From contig NC_045696.1 of the NCBI RefSeq assembly GCF_009834535.1, positions 108,936,001 to 109,000,000 on the forward strand: a stretch of 64,000 nt of DNA. The letters run 5' to 3'. The first letter of the stretch is position 1. Each line of letters begins with the position of its first letter. The translations under genes were made by a program, and so were the position numbers. Source of the DNA: Camelus ferus (taxonomy: Eukaryota). Under the pieces are notes generated by a model. It did no database searches, had not been told where the DNA came from, and saw only the letters and a list, made by a program, of their open reading frames with translations. Shown here piece after piece: positions 60,749-64,000 of the stretch.

Positions 60749-61459
60749 GGCACTGGACAGAGCTGATGTCTGAGTACAGGGCTTCCTCTGCCACCCGCCA
60801 GCTGAATGACGGGTACTGTGGGTCGACCGGTGGCTGGAGGTGTTTAGAATGATCGGGAATGAATGCAAGCTTGAGCCAGCAAACCGGGCGCTGAGGACCT
60901 AGGGGGCAGCACCCAGTATTGCTGACATTCAGTTGTTTCTTCAGTGAAATGAGGCCAACCTGTCCTGAACACTATGCAGGAAAGCAGAGAGATCAAATAA
61001 GACACAGCAAAGAAGCAGCAGCACGTTGGGAACTGTCATTATTCCAAATAAATGAAAGTCATTAAAACTTACATCTCTTTTTCCTTTCAAGTAAATGAAC
61101 ACACCCCCACAAGAAGATGGCATTTCCAAAGACAAGGATGTGGATGGTGGTGTTTCTTAACGGCCTGTGTCTGATGGGCCTCTGTGTCACCAGCTCTCTT
61201 TGGGAGGCAACAAGCAGCTTGTGCTGGGCCTGGAATGAGCTCTGGGGTGCCGTGCTCTGTTCTGATGAACGCCATCTGTAAAGGGCATATTCGCTGCTGG
61301 GGCGAGGAGGTCGAGGTGGGCTAAGCACGAGTCGTGCAGGTACAAGAGGAGTCTAAGCTGGGTCCCCAGCAAGGTGGAGGAGGTCCCCAGGCCCTGACAT
61401 TCCCGGTGGAGGTGATACAGGGTAGAGGTCAGCGATGGGCATGGGCAGGGCTGTAGAAG

Positions 61460-61660
61460 CAGCACAGTGTGGTGGGCATGGGCCAGCCCCCAGAGCTCTG
61501 CACAACTTCGGGCAAGCTGCTTAGCCTTATTTGTGCCTCAGCACCCTCCTGTAAAATAGGAGCCATTGTGGTGCCTACTACACAGGTGGTTGTGGGGGTT
61601 AAATGAATTCACATGTGAAGAGTCCTTAGAGGGTGCCTGGCATGTAGCCAGTAACCAGGG
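61460..61660 (+). mobile_element. MIR
   Basis: GGGCAAGCTGCTTAGCC...GTGCCTCAGC...CTGTAAAATAGG...TTAAATGA...GTGCCTGGCATGTAG. Confidence 0.7.
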
Positions 61661-62675
61661 AGCCATAGTCATTCTAGTTCAGTCCTGTTCCTTCATTAAA
61701 CCTTGACTGAGCTTCTGGAGTGTTCTGGCACTATGCTGGCCTTCAGGAACACACAGCCTGGCCCTCCAGAAGCACACAGCATGCACAGATGTGAAAACTA
61801 CCTAAATGATGTTATAACTAGCCTCGCAGAGATAAAGCCTGAGCAGTTACGGAAACCAGGAAGAGCCCGTGACCTGGTGTGACTGGGGGTGGAGGGCTAG
61901 GGTGTTCACAAAGGCATCTCTAAGAAGACGTCCCCTGGTCCAATCATAAAGGAAGAGTGAGAATGTCATGGGAAAGGGGCTGGGGTTGGAGGACTCCATG
62001 TGTAGAGAGATGTGGGGCAGTGTGGTCCCCATGGCAACCCATGGCAGCTCTGGGTCGGAGGAGCAGAAGCAGACACAGAGATGAGCAGAAGTGCATCTGA
62101 GAAGCAGGTACAAGTCAGCACCTGGGGCCCAGAGCCCCACCAAGGGCTTGGACTTGACCCCATGTGGGTTTGCGCAGGGAGTGGCTTACTCAAATCTGAG
62201 CACAGCAAGAGGTGGAACCAGAGGAGACAACGTCAAAGGCAAAGTCCCCCAGGAGCCAAATGGCCTGGAGGCCATAGTGATGGGGCTGCCAAGAGTGCAG
62301 GGACACCGAGAATGCTCAGGAGGGGACCTGGCACAGCATGACTGGGTGACTGCATGAAGAGGAGGAGAGGTGACAAGGTCCATGGAGGTGCTTCCAAAAG
62401 AGAAAGGGGTCAGAGGAAGACAAGCACAGGCAAGGTTGTGCTTGTGAGGAATTAAGCTGCGAGGCAAGAGCGTGGAGGCAGCTCCCCAGGGAGAAGGAGC
62501 AGAGTGGAGGTCTCACACAAAGTCAAGGGAAGTGCAAATGTCCTGGGGTGAGTAGACCAGGCAGGGACCGCCAAGAAGTGGAGAAGCAGAAATCAGAGGG
62601 CAACCCAGAGATCTGAGCCCTCTCAGATAGAAGAAGGGAGGACCAGGACAGTGGCGGGCAGGACATCCTGGGAAC

Positions 62676-62694
62676 TGGCCACAGGGGGGCAGTA
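62676..62694 (+). promoter_or_regulatory. CTCF motif, forward
   Basis: TGGCCACAGGGGGGCAGTA versus the consensus TGGCCACCAGGGGGCGCTA. Confidence 0.5.
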
Positions 62695-63159
62695 GAGCAG
62701 CCGGGGAGCAGGGGGCCACGACCCCAAGTCAAGAGGGAAAGGGACCGCGAGGAAACAGAATAGCAAGGTTTGGTCACTCTTAGGAAGGTTTGAGTGAAAT
62801 GGGGAAGAGAGAAAGGTGTGAAGTGGACTTGAGGAGAAAAAATTTTTAAATGGGAGAAGCATGAAGCAGAAGCCAACAGAGGCACAGGTGGAGAAACAAG
62901 AGGAAAAGTGCCAGGCTCCCAGGAAGTCAGAGGGCACGTGTGCCAGCCTAGGTGCCTTTGGGGGTAAGTGACAGAAAACCTGATCCACCCTGACCTAAGA
63001 AGCAGAGAATTTGTTGGCTCACAGAACTGAAACATTCCAAAGTAGTCTGACTTCTGGCACAACCAGATACAAGGATTCGAGTAAGATCACAAGATCTGGT
63101 TTCTCCCCCTCTACCCCTGAGTCCTCACCGTCGACTCCATCCTCAAACAGATTCACCTT

Positions 63160-63672
63160 TTTTTTTATCCTTTTTTTGAAAAAATGGGGGTATAATTCAC
63201 TTATAAAATTCACCCTTTAGAAGTGTACAATCACACTTTAATTTTTTTAAACATTATTCACAAGATTGTGCAACTATTATCACTATCTAATTCCAGGACA
63301 TTTCCCTCACCCTTCCACCAAAACCCCATCCCCATTTGCAATCCTCTCCCGTTTCCATCTACCCTCAGCCCCTAGAAACCACTCATCTACTTTTTTTTTC
63401 TCTACGTACTTGCCCATTCTGGTCATTGCATGTAAATGAAATCACAAAATATGTGGACTTGAGTATCTGGTTTCTTTCACTTGTAATTTTTTCACCCATG
63501 TTGTATATATCAGCACTCTATTCCTTTTTATGCCTAAATAATATTCCATTGTAATGGATACAACACAGCTTGTTTATCCATTCATCAGTTAATGGATATT
63601 TGAGTAGTTCCCACTTTTTGACTATTATAAGTAATGCTACTATGAACATCCATGTATAAGTTTTAATGTAAA
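63160..63672 (-). mobile_element. L1MB-type 3' end
   Basis: ATAATTCACTTATAAAATTCACCCTTTAG...TCCATTCATCAGTTAATGGATATTTGAGTAGTTCCCAC. ORF 63518-63727 TWMFIVALLIIVKKWE. Confidence 0.88.
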
Positions 63673-64000
63673 CTTTTTTTTTCATTTTTAAAAAAACTTT
63701 AACTGAGGTAAAGTTGATGTACAACATTATATTTGCTTCAGGTGTACAACATAGTGATTCAATATTTTTGTAAATTATATTTCATTTATAGTTATTATAA
63801 AATAGTGGCTATATTTCCAATACTATACAAACATACCCTTGTAGTTTATTTCTTTCGTACATAGCAGTGTGTACCTCTTAATTCCTTACTCCTATGTTGT
63901 CCCTCCCACTTCTCCTCCCCACTGATAATCACCAGTTTGTTCTATATATCTGTGAATCTGCTTCTTTTTTGTTATATTCACTAGTTAGCTTTACTTTTTA
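63673..64000 (-). mobile_element. Second, younger L1 3' end inserted in the L1MB (continues past the window)
   Basis: PolyT followed by GTTGATGTACAACATTATATTTGCTTCAGGTGTACAACATAGTGATTC...TGTTATATTCACTAGTT. Confidence 0.82.

Noticed and set aside
1..64000. CRISPR array, operon or prokaryotic defence system
   Set aside because: The sequence is clearly mammalian, with no regularly spaced direct repeats and no gene-dense ORF structure.

Overview
This is mammalian nuclear DNA, very probably camelid (alpaca, llama or camel), because it carries six copies of a tRNA-derived SINE matching the camelid Vic-1 family plus lineage-specific L1 3' ends. I find no credible protein-coding gene, genuine tRNA, rRNA or CRISPR array. 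The ORF track consists of chance ORFs and decayed transposon frames, so the window reads as intergenic or deep-intronic. It is dominated by interspersed repeats: the CpG-rich 5' UTR of an L1 with an intact 5' end at the left edge, older L1/HAL1, L2, L3/CR1, MIR, MaLR/ERVL/ERV1 LTRs and hAT DNA transposons. Between them lie several non-repetitive, motif-rich islands (about 8.1-8.7, 21.0-22.4, 38.6-38.8 and 54.4-54.9 kb) and good CTCF motifs. The most interesting observations are: (1) a 217-codon strong-Kozak antisense ORF running off the 5' end of the L1, reminiscent of primate ORF0; (2) a symmetric homeodomain/GATA/CCAAT enhancer-like element; (3) a possible minus-strand terminal exon whose polyA site falls in a hairpin; (4) a convergent/divergent CTCF layout; (5) a CR1/L3 fossil split by later insertions; and (6) an Arthur1-type hAT fossil retaining its transposase dimerization domain. 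Repeat family names come from recalled consensus sequences, boundaries are approximate, and no database search was run. I cannot support a claim of a new multi-gene system.
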